Assembly: GCA_963713855.1 (NCBI GenBank)
Contig: OY970209.1
Location: forward strand, 1,457,902-1,521,901
Reading direction: 5' to 3'
Length of the DNA: 64,000 nt
Source: an uncultured bacterium
Lineage (GTDB): Bacteria > Babelota > Babeliae > Babelales > Babelaceae
The notes below the pieces were generated by a model. The model saw nothing but the letters and a program-made list of their open reading frames with translations, ran no database searches and was not told the DNA's origin. Shown in pieces: positions 21,123 through 30,107 of the stretch; the first letter of the stretch is position 1; every line of letters begins with the position of its first letter. Position numbers and translations under genes: made by a program.

Positions 21123-21521
21123 ATGAAATACGAATACAAAACCCTTGTCCGTCTTAAAATTTTGAGCACGACTCTTAGCCCCGAACAAATCACCTATGAA
21201 TTAGGAGTTGCTTGTGAACAATCTTGGAAGATTGGTGATAATCGAGCATCGAGTATTATTAAAGAAACAACCAATGGGTGGGTTCTTGGTTCAGGGTTTT
21301 CTCAATCAACACCCCTGGAAGAACAACTTGAGCCTTTCCTTAACCGTTTAACTACCTATTCTGCTAAAATTCGTCGATTATCTGTACACAATATTGTTGA
21401 GCTTTCTTGCATTGTCTACGCTGTGGCCCCTCCTGCTCTCTATTTTAATAAGAACGTTATCTCATCCATTGCTAAACTCGGGGCAAATTTTGACATCGAT
21501 TTGTACATTTTAGCAAAATAG
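21123..21521 (+). CDS. DUF4279-like cognate immunity protein
   Basis: 3 bp after the toxin; LSPEQIT.ELG...W..GD...LGANFDIDLY. Confidence 0.7.
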   Translation: MKYEYKTLVRLKILSTTLSPEQITYELGVACEQSWKIGDNRASSIIKETTNGWVLGSGFSQSTPLEEQLEPFLNRLTTYSAKIRRLSVHNIVELSCIVYAVAPPALYFNKNVISSIAKLGANFDIDLYILAK

Positions 21522-21584
21522 TATTCATCTTATCCGGGCTCTACTTCACTCCAAAACTCCGTAGAACAAGTTTAAGAAAAAGAA

Positions 21585-21902
21585 TCATCGTTTTGCCGGC
21601 AAGCTAAATTTTAAATCAAATCCCATTGCTTGCACGATTACTGTTAAAGTACTTAAACGCGGGTTGCCGCTAGGCGATAATGTTTTATATAAACTTTCTC
21701 TACCTAAACCAGTTTTCCGCGATAGCTGCGCATAACCACCTTGAGCTAACGCAACAATTTCAAGAGCCATAAGAAGTAGTTTTTGTGATTCTTCATCTCC
21801 TTTTTTGCATTCGTCTAAAACTGAGTTTAGATAAGCAATAGCTTCTTCTGGATCCTTTAAAGATTCGACTAAGAGATCTTGATATTTTTTACTTCTTGGC
21901 GT
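21585..21902 (-). pseudogene. Orphan addiction-module antitoxin; start codon appears mutated to ACG
   Basis: Frame extends to 21902: (T)PRSKKYQDLLVESLKDPEEAIAYL...AQGGYAQLSRKTGLGRESLYKTLS.SGNPRLSTL; no intact toxin upstream. Confidence 0.7.
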
Positions 21903-22049
21903 ATTTCTTACCCCTCATAATATGGTTGAATAAATAGCAAAATAGCCTTACCGCGTAGTTTACTTGGACGCAAGTTTCTATAAATTGCTAATCCAAAAGC
22001 AGAGATGGAAAGTGTCTTAATAAAAATTATTTAACTTTTGACTGAAAGA

Positions 22050-22110
22050 TGCCAGCTGAAAGCCTTTCGAAAGCTGGCGGTACCTAAGCGACGCATTCAG
22101 GAATAGGGAA
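22050..22110 (+). repeat. att repeat R7 (closest to consensus)
   Basis: TGCCAGCT-gaaagcctttcgaa-AGCTGGCGG-TACCTAAGCGACGCATTCAGGAATAGGGAA. Confidence 0.95.
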
Positions 22111-22258
22111 ATTAAGTTTCATCTACAATATATTCAAAATTAACTTTTACCCTTCTAAAAGTTCTAAGCCGTTTAAGATCTTCTTTGCTTCATCCATTGA
22201 GGATAGATCATATATAGGATATATTAATAGTATAAGTGTTATATAAAGGAATAATCCT

Positions 22259-22465
22259 GTGGAAATTATAGCGTTCGAAGCAACAACAGAAAAGGGAGTC
22301 ATAAAGATCCCTCAACAGTATCTTAAATCAATGACTCCTTACGTACAGGTAATTATAGTAATTGAGGAAGAAAAGAAACATAAAAAGCCTAAGGTTGAAT
22401 TTAAAGCTCTCAGTATCGATACAAAAAAAGTTAAATTTAACCGAGACGAAGCAAATGAACGATAA
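22259..22465 (+). CDS. Putative VapB-type antitoxin
   Basis: Small ORF ending FNRDEANER and overlapping the PIN gene. Confidence 0.7.
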   Translation: MEIIAFEATTEKGVIKIPQQYLKSMTPYVQVIIVIEEEKKHKKPKVEFKALSIDTKKVKFNRDEANER

Positions 22466-22865
22466 TATCGTTTTCTTTGACACGAATATACTCGTTTATC
22501 TTTACACGCAAAGTGAACCTGAAAAAAAGGATGCTATTATAAAGCTTATAGGCTTATATAAATCTCTATTCATTAGCACGCAAGTTATTAATGAGTTTAT
22601 TAATGTGATGCTCAAAAAACATCAAGCATCATATGAGCAGGTAATGGCTGCCTTACAAAAAGAAATACTCGTCCAATTTAACCTTCTTACTGTTACGCAA
22701 GTTACTATCCACAAGGCTCTCACGATAGGAGATAGATATAAATACTCTTATTACGATTCTTTAATAATAGCTGCAGCGCTGGAGTGCGATGCCTCCGAAT
22801 TATATTCAGAAGACATGCATGATGGACATACAATTGAGTCGCTTCAGATAACCAATCCTTTCTGA
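22455..22865 (+). CDS. PIN-domain (VapC-like) toxin
   Basis: FFDTNILVY, ISTQVINE, YSYYDSLIIAAAL, LYSEDM. Confidence 0.9.
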   Translation: MNDNIVFFDTNILVYLYTQSEPEKKDAIIKLIGLYKSLFISTQVINEFINVMLKKHQASYEQVMAALQKEILVQFNLLTVTQVTIHKALTIGDRYKYSYYDSLIIAAALECDASELYSEDMHDGHTIESLQITNPF

Positions 22866-22894
22866 GAAAGGCTTTTTTAAGGCATAAGCTTCCA

Positions 22895-22950
22895 TGCCAG
22901 CTGCTTTAACGAAAGCTGGCGGTACTTAAGCGACGCATTCAGGAGCAAAG
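22895..22950 (+). repeat. att repeat R8
   Basis: TGCCAGCT-gctttaacgaa-AGCTGGCGG-TACTTAAGCGACGCATTCAGGAGCAAAG. Confidence 0.95.
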
Positions 22951-23065
22951 AAATTAGACTTAGGTTAAGTTTGAGCGATATAAAAGGGCTTTATTGCAAG
23001 CTGCGACGTTATGAACATCTATTCTTAGAAAGCAGAAAACTAGTTTGACCATCAATAATAATACA

Positions 23066-23638
23066 CTAAGCCGCAGGTGCAGCTGGAGCAGCATAGGGCA
23101 GCGCTGTCAAAATAGCTATTACCTTTAAATAATAGTAAATTTTCCTAAAAACTATAAGAGGAAGTCCCACAAAAATTACAATAACTGCGGCAATTACATA
23201 CAGAATCGCACTAAAAATCATACTCCTTATAGCTGCATCGAACAGCAAGTAAAGACCTGCTATTATTGGCCTTTCTTCAAAAAACTTAAATAGCTGTTCT
23301 ATGTCATCAACTTTAGCAACAGCATCAAGGATTGCGGTAGGAAGCCCCATAAAAATAAATATAGCTAAAGTATACTTTGCGCCTCCAATAGGAAGCGCCA
23401 TTGCATGAAGAATGATACCCTCTACAGCCGTTGCACATAACAAGAATAAATCTTGCATTTTTGGCGGCATGTCTTTAAAAAAATTAGATGAGCACTCTAA
23501 CCTACCATCATTATTGGCTATATCGGCCCGTTTACAAGCCTCAGGGTCAATTGTCGTAAAATGCATCAAATCTAGAGTAGGATCAGCCTCATAAGAAGAC
23601 TTTTTAATACGACATTTACAACCTAGACTAACACTCAA
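23066..23638 (-). CDS. Hypothetical membrane protein (5' end probably lost)
   Basis: Several hydrophobic helices; abuts a deletion junction near 23648. Confidence 0.45.
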   Translation of the reverse strand: MSVSLGCKCRIKKSSYEADPTLDLMHFTTIDPEACKRADIANNDGRLECSSNFFKDMPPKMQDLFLLCATAVEGIILHAMALPIGGAKYTLAIFIFMGLPTAILDAVAKVDDIEQLFKFFEERPIIAGLYLLFDAAIRSMIFSAILYVIAAVIVIFVGLPLIVFRKIYYYLKVIAILTALPYAAPAAPAA

Positions 23639-23703
23639 TGGCTCTTCGAAAGCCGCGATATTGAAAAAGCAAAGCGATATTGGCTTGATTGCGAAAGGTT
23701 ATT

Positions 23704-24006
23704 ATGAAAAGAAGATTTAGGGATTATCAAGAAAAACCTTACGCAGACTTAAAGGACTCAGAATTAGCTAGTGCCTATCTTAACGTAGCGCTTATGGAGG
23801 AAGATCCACGCGTCTTTTTATTTGCGTTAAAGAATGTTTATGAAGCTCAAGGCGGAGAAATGGCTGATCTTGCTCGAAAGACAAAATTGAGTCGCGAAAA
23901 TCTTTATCGCATACTTTCAGAAAAAGGCAATCCCAAGCTTAGTATCGTATCTTTGCTTAATGCTATAGGATTCTCACTCGCCGTGCAACCTCGTAAAAAT
24001 AAATAA
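23704..24006 (+). CDS. Orphan antitoxin, near-duplicate of 36212-36514
   Basis: Nearly identical DNA, including the last ~55 nt of the toxin gene (23649-23706). Confidence 0.85.
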   Translation: MKRRFRDYQEKPYADLKDSELASAYLNVALMEEDPRVFLFALKNVYEAQGGEMADLARKTKLSRENLYRILSEKGNPKLSIVSLLNAIGFSLAVQPRKNK

Positions 24007-24161
24007 TCTTAGAAAGAAAGTTTTAGTTTTCTCAAAAGGAAGCACTACCATGGCTAGCGTAAACAAAGATGCTGTTGGCTTAAATTTATTTGGGTCAATC
24101 ATGCTGAACTTGTCTTGGCTTAAAATTAGAGCAATTCTATAAGAAAATAATAGCCCATCTA

Positions 24162-24190
24162 TTGACCGACGGTCGGTCGCATGCTATAAG
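24162..24190 (+). promoter_or_regulatory. Sigma70 promoter with TetR operator
   Basis: TTGACC-17nt-TATAAG; perfect palindrome GACCGAC-g-GTCGGTC (24164-24178) overlapping the -35 box. Confidence 0.75.
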
Positions 24191-24228
24191 ATGTCTATTA
24201 TCAATTATCAAAACAGTGGAAATTAAAT

Positions 24229-24894
24229 ATGGCTAGAATTGTAAAAAAGCCCACCGAACGAAGATCAGATATTGTGAATGCTGCTCGCTGCCTGTTACTG
24301 ACAAAGGCATATGACAAAACAACCATGCAGGATGTAATGGACTATTTAGGTATTGCTAAAGGAACTATTTATCACTACTTTGAATCTAAGGAAGCACTTT
24401 TGGAAGCTGTCATAGCAAGCATCGTTGATACGCATATCGAACAAATGCAGGCCCTGATCAATGAGGCAACTGGAAATGCCTTAGTAAAAATTAAGATTCT
24501 GGTAGAAGCGAGCAATATGGCCAAAGATAACAACGTCATTTTTGATCATCTTCATCGGCCAGGCAGTCATGCCATACATATAAGTCTCCTTGCAGCAACT
24601 TTGGTAAAATTGGCTCCCTTATATGAAAAACTGATTCAACAGGGCTGCGAAGAAGGCCTTTTTCAGACAGATACCCCGCTTGAATGCGCTGAGTTTATTC
24701 TTTCTGCTATTCAGTTTCTAACTGATGTGGGGATTTACCACTGGACACAAAAAGATTTAAGTCGTAGAGCACACGCTTTCCCCAAATTAATAGAGCAGCA
24801 TTTGAGAGCGCCGCCAGGTTCATTTTACTTTATGGCGACGCATATTAAACCCGCCGCTAAAAGTGATTTACAGCATACTTTAGTTGAAAGGTAA
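24229..24894 (+). CDS. TetR/AcrR family regulator
   Basis: YDKTTMQDVMDYLGIAKGTIYHYFESKEAL HTH. Confidence 0.9.
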   Translation: MARIVKKPTERRSDIVNAARCLLLTKAYDKTTMQDVMDYLGIAKGTIYHYFESKEALLEAVIASIVDTHIEQMQALINEATGNALVKIKILVEASNMAKDNNVIFDHLHRPGSHAIHISLLAATLVKLAPLYEKLIQQGCEEGLFQTDTPLECAEFILSAIQFLTDVGIYHWTQKDLSRRAHAFPKLIEQHLRAPPGSFYFMATHIKPAAKSDLQHTLVER

Positions 24895-24900
24895 TCTATC

Positions 24901-26117
24901 GTGTCAAATTTTGCTGTTGATATACATGAATTATATAAATCATATGGGATTTTCATGTATTAAAAGGCGTTAACATGCACGTAGAGTCTGGTACAATCTT
25001 TGCGTTACTTGGCCCAAATGGGGCGGGAAAAACAACAATGCTGCGTATTTTAATGACACTTTTAAAGCCTGATTCAGGTTCTATCTTAATAAATGGTATT
25101 GATACAATTAAACATCCAAATCAGGTTAAACAGGTAATAGGAATAGTTGGTCAGTGTGCATCAGTTGATGGCCAATTAACTGGTTTAGAAAATCTGCGAA
25201 TGATCGATAGGTTGCATCATTTAAGCATAGAAGAGGCTAATAATAATGCACATAGACCAACATCAGATGATGTATTTAAGACCCTGACAAAAGCAAATGG
25301 AAGGGTAATTATGACTGTGTATAGAAACTCTATCAAAAAATTAAGCTGGTTCTTAAGTGATGCATTTGTACTTGCTAAGCGAAATTTATTACATATATCA
25401 TGTGATCCTGATCAAATCTCTGGGTTACTCGTTTTACCAATTATGTACACCCTATTATTTCGTTATTTGTTTGGCGGAGCTATAGATAAGATGACATTCG
25501 CTGATGTGGGGACTGGAGATTATATTACTTATATTATGGCTCGGGCGTTTGTTATAAATATTTTATTTGCCTCAATAATCACCTGTGTAGGAGTTGCAAA
25601 TGATTTGACAAAGGGTGTTGTAGATCGCTTTCGCTCACTACCAATTAGCCCGTCATCGGTGATTTTGAGTTATCTTCTTGCCAGTGGTCAGTCAATGATT
25701 ATTATTGCAATAATGACTATTCTGGGACTCATTATGGGATTTCAGCCAACGACGATTCCAATCAAATGGTTAAGTGCTTTGGAAATGTTAGTACTTATGA
25801 CATTAGCAATCTCATGCCTTATGATATTGATTGGTGTATCATCTAAAAATGTTGAATCAGCACAACAATTTGGCGGTCTACTCGTTTTGTCATTATCAAT
25901 GATTAGCTCTGCTCTTGTTCCAACCCAGACAATGCCATCTTTTTTACGTATAATTGCACAAAATCAACCATTTACTCATGCAATTGAAGCAATACGTTCA
26001 TTGCTTTCTGGAACCGATATTGGTAATCATCTTTTTATGTCTTTGATCTGGTTTATAGGTATTATCATCATTACTTTCACCTTGAGCACATATTTATTTT
26101 CTAGCTCGAGTGAATGA
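24901..26117 (+). pseudogene. DrrA-like ABC ATPase (frameshifted, internally deleted) running into an ABC-2 permease (ATG 25311)
   Basis: Walker A GPNGAGKTT present; signature and Walker B absent; jumps to RPTSDDVF, then DrrB-like permease. Confidence 0.75.
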
Positions 26118-28455
26118 GAACCGGATAAAGGGCTATGAAATGTGGATATCAATACTAAAAAAAGATTTTCTCAAAAACAAAGGCATCACTTCAGCATTAG
26201 TCATTTTCATCTCAGTATCAGCATTACTTATTGCTTGTGGAACAAGCATGATCTCTGAATTATATAATTCTTTAAACTACCTATTTGCTAAATCTAATGT
26301 TCCTCATTTTCTTGTAAAGCATTCTGGAAAAATCAATCAAGCAGAGATTGAGCAGTGGTCATTGAATAATAGTCTAGTAAAGAACGAACAGACAACTGAG
26401 ATGCTTAGTATCGATAGATCAAACATTTATTTAGGCTATAGCAACAGGTCTGAGTATGATAGCGTAATGAACATTGATTTTGTTAAGCAGAATTCTTCTA
26501 TGGATATACTGCTTAACAAAAAAGGGCAAGTCATTCGGTTATCAAAAGGGGAAGTTGCAGTTCCACTCTATTATATGCAATTAAAAAACATGAAAATTGG
26601 CGACAGGGTTAGAGTTGCCAATAAAGATTTTGATATGAGTTTTACTGTTGTTGATTTCGTTCGAGATGCTTTGATGAACCCATCATTAGTGCATTCAAAG
26701 CGCTTCGTAGTAAATGATGATGATTTTGAAATCCTTAAAAAGAATATTGGAGAAATTGAATACTTTATCGAATTTCGCCTTGCTGATATAAGTAAGCTAA
26801 ATGAATTTAGAAATGCATATCAGGCATCCAATTTGCCCCAAAATGGACCAATGCTTGATTTTAACTTGATAAAACTTTTAAATGCTTTATCAGATGGTCT
26901 TGTGGCTGCAATAATATTGCTGATAAGTATATTGCTTACTATTATTGCTGTTCTTTGCTTTAGATTTACTATTCTTACGACTCTCCAAGAGGATTATAAA
27001 GAAATTGGCGTAATGAAAGCAATTGGCATTTTGCAACAGGATATCCAAAGAATATATCTGGCCAAATATATCTTAATAGCTGCTATAGGTACAGTGCTTG
27101 GATATTTGGCCTCTTTATTTTTTAATCAGCTGTTTATGGAGAATATCATTATCTATTTAGGGATTGCGCCAAAAACTATTTTAAACCACGTAAGTCCTTT
27201 GATTGCAGTTATCATAATATTCTTGATAATAATATCCTCTTGTGGGGTGGTACTTCGAAAAATAAATAAAATATCACCCATAGAAGCCTTGCGTGGTGGA
27301 ATTATCGGGGAAGCACAGAAACTCAAAAGTAATATGTCTCTGTACAAGAATAGATTATTACCTGTTGATATTTTTCTGGGAGCACAAGATGTATATCAAC
27401 GATTAAGAAGCTATATGGTTTTACTCCTAATTTTTTTCTTTTGCTCATTTATGATCATTGTTCCTATAAATTTTCTTAATACTATTAAATCGCCTAATTT
27501 TATTACATACATGGGGATAGGCCGTTGTGATATCAGAATAGATTTGCAACGGACAGATAACATTCCTGAAAGATTTAATAATCTGATTACATATCTCAAA
27601 AATGACCCGGATGTTGCACAGTTTTCCCCGTTAGTTACCAGTCGGATTAAGACGATAAATGATGGTGTCCAGCAAAATATTAATGTTGAAACAGGGAATT
27701 TTTCGGGATTTCCACTAGAGTATTTGGCAGGCTCAGCTCCAAAGCATATTAATGAAATTGCTCTTTCCGTTCTTAACAGTAAAGAATTTAGAAAGCACGT
27801 TGGAGATAGCTTGCGATTAATAATCGATAAACAAGAAAAAAACATGAAGATTACCGGTATTTATCAGGATATAACTAATGGTGGGCTAACAGCAAAAGCG
27901 GTATTGCCATTTAATCATGAAACAGCGTTATGGTATATAATTAACGTAAATGTAAAACAGGGCGTTAACGTACAAAAAAAAATTGATGAGTATGCAAAAA
28001 TTGCTAATCCAGCCAGGATTAGTGACTTGGCAAAATATCTATCTCAAACCTTAGGGAATACTATCAACCAATTAACGCTTTTCACAATCTCTGCTATCCT
28101 CATCGCCCTGTTTATTTCACTATTAATTACCTATTTATTTCTAAAATTGATACTTGCAAATGAATCCTCTCAAATAGCTATTATGAGAGCTATTGGTTTT
28201 ACATTAAACGATATTCGACTGCAATATGTAACGAGAGTATTGCTAGTGCTTGTCCTTGGAATAATTTTCGGGACAATTATTGCTAACACAGTTGGTCAAA
28301 GCATAATTAATTTATTGTGGTCATTTTTAGGTGCTTCGAAGGTTAAATTCGTTGTATTTCCTATACAGACTTATGTTATTATCCCTCTCGTAGTAATGTT
28401 TGTTGTAGCTATTACTGCATTAATGAGCATGTTGTCCATACATAAAGCTAAATAA
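26110..28455 (+). CDS. FtsX-like ABC transporter permease
   Basis: Two EIGVMKAIG/QIAIMRAIG motifs; multiple TM segments. Confidence 0.85.
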   Translation: MNENRIKGYEMWISILKKDFLKNKGITSALVIFISVSALLIACGTSMISELYNSLNYLFAKSNVPHFLVKHSGKINQAEIEQWSLNNSLVKNEQTTEMLSIDRSNIYLGYSNRSEYDSVMNIDFVKQNSSMDILLNKKGQVIRLSKGEVAVPLYYMQLKNMKIGDRVRVANKDFDMSFTVVDFVRDALMNPSLVHSKRFVVNDDDFEILKKNIGEIEYFIEFRLADISKLNEFRNAYQASNLPQNGPMLDFNLIKLLNALSDGLVAAIILLISILLTIIAVLCFRFTILTTLQEDYKEIGVMKAIGILQQDIQRIYLAKYILIAAIGTVLGYLASLFFNQLFMENIIIYLGIAPKTILNHVSPLIAVIIIFLIIISSCGVVLRKINKISPIEALRGGIIGEAQKLKSNMSLYKNRLLPVDIFLGAQDVYQRLRSYMVLLLIFFFCSFMIIVPINFLNTIKSPNFITYMGIGRCDIRIDLQRTDNIPERFNNLITYLKNDPDVAQFSPLVTSRIKTINDGVQQNINVETGNFSGFPLEYLAGSAPKHINEIALSVLNSKEFRKHVGDSLRLIIDKQEKNMKITGIYQDITNGGLTAKAVLPFNHETALWYIINVNVKQGVNVQKKIDEYAKIANPARISDLAKYLSQTLGNTINQLTLFTISAILIALFISLLITYLFLKLILANESSQIAIMRAIGFTLNDIRLQYVTRVLLVLVLGIIFGTIIANTVGQSIINLLWSFLGASKVKFVVFPIQTYVIIPLVVMFVVAITALMSMLSIHKAK

Positions 28456-28488
28456 TTGAAGTAATTCAGGAGTAATAGGATAATTTTT

Positions 28489-29253
28489 ATGGAAAACATA
28501 TTAGAAGCTAAAGCATTAAATAAATCTTACATTATAAATAACAAACACTATGACGTCCTCAAAGATATAAATTTGTACATTAAAAAAGGTGAATTTATAT
28601 CGGTGATGGGTCGCTCTGGTTCTGGAAAATCTACATTACTTTACACAGTCAGTGGCATGGATAGAATGACATCCGGCAGCGTAATCTTTAATGGGCAAGA
28701 TCTATCACGGCTTGCAGAAAAAGAACTTTCTAAGATACGCCTTAATAAAATGGGATTTATATTTCAGCAGTTTAATCTTTTAAAAAATCTTTCTATTTTT
28801 GATAATATTATCCTTACAGCTTACTTGAGGCGAAAAGTAAATCGCACAGAGATTAATAACCGCGCTCTTGAATTGATGAAAAAAACAGGTATTGAAGAAC
28901 TTGCCGATAATGACATTACCCAGGCTTCAGGTGGTCAGCTACAACGAGTAGGAATTTGTCGGGCTCTTATCAATAATCCTGAGATTATTTTTGCAGACGA
29001 ACCTACGGGGGCGTTGAATTCAACGGCTGCAGATGGAATCATGGAAATTTTAACCGAGATCAACTCGTCTGGGACGACAATTTTATTGGTGACACATGAT
29101 CTTAAAGTCGCATCGAAAACAGAGCGAGTTCTTTTTGTGTTGGACGGCAACATTGTTGCCGAACAAAAGCTTGGCAAATACATAAAAGAAAATATTGATG
29201 TTAAAGTGAGAGAAGAAAAACTATCAAAATGGTTAATAGAACTGGGCTTTTAA
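28489..29253 (+). CDS. ABC transporter ATP-binding protein (LolD/MacB-like)
   Basis: GRSGSGKST, SGGQLQR, ADEPTGALN, VTHD. Confidence 0.9.
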   Translation: MENILEAKALNKSYIINNKHYDVLKDINLYIKKGEFISVMGRSGSGKSTLLYTVSGMDRMTSGSVIFNGQDLSRLAEKELSKIRLNKMGFIFQQFNLLKNLSIFDNIILTAYLRRKVNRTEINNRALELMKKTGIEELADNDITQASGGQLQRVGICRALINNPEIIFADEPTGALNSTAADGIMEILTEINSSGTTILLVTHDLKVASKTERVLFVLDGNIVAEQKLGKYIKENIDVKVREEKLSKWLIELGF

Positions 29254-29388
29254 TGTGGCTTAAAAACATTGAGATTTCTTATTTTTCATAAAAATAAGAA
29301 GGATTTTGTTATTCTTATGTAACTTATGGAGATAGCGTGGTTCATCGCAAATTACAGCCTATTTTGCCCACGGGATACGAGCTCCGTG

Positions 29389-29887
29389 ATGAAGCTCATA
29401 GTAATATACGATTCTTGCGTTCTTTATCCAGCACCATTGAGGGATCTTCTTATGCGCCTTGCACTTACGGACCTTTATCAGGCAAAGTGGACCCACAAGA
29501 TTCATGAAGAATGGATTTATAACCTTTTAAAAAAGCGCCCTGATCTAACGGAAGAACGACAAAAGAAAACATGAACCTGTACGTTAGAGATTGTCTAGTT
29601 AGAAGGCTATGAGAAATTAATCGATAAGCTAACATTACCTGATCCATGCGATCGGCACATTTTAGCCGCAGCCATCGATACGAAAGCGCATTTAATTATC
29701 ACTTTTAATCTGCGAGACTGTTCCCCTTAATATTACGGCTCATTATGGGGTCCAAGCGATATATCCTGATGTGTTTCTTGCATCCTTGCTAAGTAAAGAT
29801 ATAGATACAGTTATCCAAACAATGCGAGAAACAAGGCTCAGTTTAAAGAAGACAGCAAAAAATCCTGAATACTTAGCTACTTCCTAA
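29389..29887 (+). pseudogene. PIN-domain protein, multiply frameshifted
   Basis: YDSCVLYPAPLRDLLMRLA...WT.KIHEEW; later frames give LPDPCDRHILAAA and IITFNLRD. Confidence 0.7.
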
Positions 29888-29978
29888 AACTGTTGCTTAT
29901 GTGCGCAAATACATAAACTTCATTTAATGACGCAATGCCTTAATAGGATAATATTGCATAATCAGGCTCGCTAAATGA

Positions 29979-30030
29979 TGCCAGTTCATTAAGGTGGTGG
30001 CGGTACCTAGTTGACGCATTCAGGAATGAA
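29979..30030 (+). repeat. att repeat R9
   Basis: TGCCAG...TGGCGG-TACCTAGTTGACGCATTCAGGAATGAA. Confidence 0.9.
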
Positions 30031-30107
30031 AAAGTACGCTTACCTATTTTTCATAAACACAACACAATAGGCAAAAATATTTTATTTAGCATAGTTTCTA
30101 AACAAAC

